A stretch of 64,000 bases of DNA from Octopus vulgaris. Lineage: Eukaryota. The notes under the pieces were generated by a model. That model was not told where the DNA came from. It made no database searches and worked only from the letters and a program-made list of their open reading frames with translations. The DNA is taken from positions 66,774,001 to 66,838,000 of the forward strand of contig OX597815.1 in assembly GCA_951406725.2 (NCBI GenBank), written 5' to 3'. Positions 62,086 through 64,000 of this stretch are shown here, piece after piece. Position 1 is the first letter of the stretch. Each line of letters starts with the position of its first letter. A program made the position numbers and the translations under genes.

Positions 62086-63038
62086 TTCTCCTTTTTGTTA
62101 AAACATTGCAAACTGCTGTTTATATATATATATATATATAGATTATATGTATATATATATATATATATACATATATATTAAAAGGTAAGCAGATTTAGTG
62201 GTTATAGTAACCGACTTAGGGATAAAATATCCATATTTACTATCGGTATCAGTTACCCGTGTTATCTCTGGGCATGTGTATGCAGGCACACTATGCTTAT
62301 AGAGTACAGGTAACAGCAGAATAAACAAAAGTTTATCAGGAATCAAATTTAAATAATCAGAAAATAGAGAAAACTTTAGATCAGCAAACAAATCAATTGG
62401 ACCATATCGGTAGCTTATTATTTAATACGAAACATGACATAACATTTATGTGACGTAACAATTCTTACAGCTGTTTCCGTTTCTGATGTCAGTCAGTGTC
62501 TTGAAAGAATTGCGAAAATAATATTCTTCATCTTCATATATATATATGTGTGTGTGTGTGTGTGTCTGTGTCTGGGTGTCTCTTTGTCTTCACAACATAA
62601 GTATCATCATCATCATACGCAGTGTCATTTATTTCCAATTTTCTGTGAAAAACACATTTGGTCATGGGAAAAATGTTACCATACTTGGAAACAGGTGAGG
62701 GTTAAGAAAAAGGGCATCTGGCCATAGAAAAATTGCCTTGGCAAATTCTTTTCAGCATGGAAAAGTGGCCATTAAAATGATGATGATGATGATAATAATC
62801 ATGACACATACACATAAACACACACATACATTCATGCAGGCATACATGAATACACACACACACACAAATATGTATTATGTAGGGATGTATGCATCATGTA
62901 TATTTGTATGTATGTGTATATATATATATATATATATAAAGATATTCTTTTTCGTTTTTACTCTTTTTATTTGTTTCAGTCTGTGGCCATGCTGGATCAT
63001 TGCCTTAAAGGGTTTTTAGTCAAAAAAAAATCAACCCC

Positions 63039-63078
<40 letters not shown>

Positions 63079-63131
63079 GATAGATAGATCCCAATAAAAT
63101 TACATAACACACCATAGTGTATGTAGATTAA

Positions 63132-63537
63132 TCTCTTATTATAAAAGGCAGATTTTATCTGCCTCCCTTTGTCAGTTATAGAAATCTACAATATAGGATT
63201 TCTTCAATTACAATTTACTTAGCATTTTTAAGAGTAGAATGCATCGGGTTTTACCAGGTCCACTTTTTAAAATTTAAACTCCAATTAAGCAAAATTTACA
63301 GAAAACTCACATTCTGGTGTGTATGTCAAATGCTTTTCTTAATGTGTTTTACACTACACGCACACGCACACACACAGTGTGCAAGGAATAAAATGAAAGT
63401 AATTCACCTTTTGTAGTGAGTGACTCTTTCAGTCTGCCACTTCCTTTTTACACACATAGACACGCAAATATATAAATAAAATTGTAAGCTAATGTGCGTG
63501 TGTGTGAGTGTGTGTGTGCGTGTGTGTGTGTGTGAGG

Positions 63538-63594
<57 letters not shown>

Positions 63595-64000
63595 CGTGAG
63601 TGTGTGACAGGAAAGTATTTTAGGACGAATATAAGACCTATATCGGCGATGTTTCGCTTGTCGTAGCACACGTTTCCGTCGATTTCCGTAAAAAACTTAT
63701 TTTTTTACATAAGTAATGAGAGCGAAAGAGACTAAGAGAAAGCGATTGTATGACGAGGGAAGTTCTTTTGAAGTTACCGTGCATGGGACGCATTGATGTA
63801 CATGTGTGTGTGTGTGTGTGTTTGATGGAGTGTGGGAGACAGACAGTATGTTGTGTAAGTGAAGTGCTTCTGTTAGTGTGTGTGAAGAGACAGAGAGAGT
63901 AATGTGTGAAAGAGAGAGATAACTGAAATTTTTTACTCGGTTTATGTGTATATGTATGTATGCATGTATGTGTGTGTGTGTGTGTATGTATGTGTGTGTG
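63132..64000 (+). mobile_element. Probable Helitron-type non-autonomous element (5' end), runs off the window
   Basis: Starts a|TCTCTTATTATAAAAGGCAG; CpG-retaining body with (TG)n tracts. The 3' CTRR end is not seen. Confidence 0.4.

Overview
AT-rich, microsatellite-saturated animal genomic DNA. The repeat types (tRNA-derived SINEs, RTE/CR1/R4-type LINE debris, very long (TA)n/(TAA)n/(CA)n arrays) suggest a mollusc, probably an octopus-like cephalopod; this is inference only. The only host gene I can support is a complete 5-exon histone H2A.Z gene (24119-26757, +, 128 aa) in a CpG-retaining island. Everything else is mobile-element material: R4/Dong-type RLE LINE pieces and an abundant ~550-bp non-coding element in (TAA)n arrays, RTE and CR1 RT fragments, a mariner fossil, a Gypsy integrase scrap, piggyBac/hAT MITEs, Helentron/Helitron-type pieces, SINEs, and Penelope-like GIY-YIG elements in (TA)n arrays. 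Four observations stand out. (1) About ten minimal type-I hammerhead-ribozyme motifs from several unrelated short elements occur, often in long fold-back arrangements, including a perfect 2x255-bp palindrome. (2) An ORF1-only (zinc-knuckle, no RT) retroelement is bounded by a 15-bp target-site duplication. (3) H2A.Z intron 3 holds a candidate stop-codon 'poison' exon. (4) Elements sort by microsatellite type and strand. Most ORF-track entries are translations of microsatellites. All calls were made by eye, and repeat boundaries are approximate.
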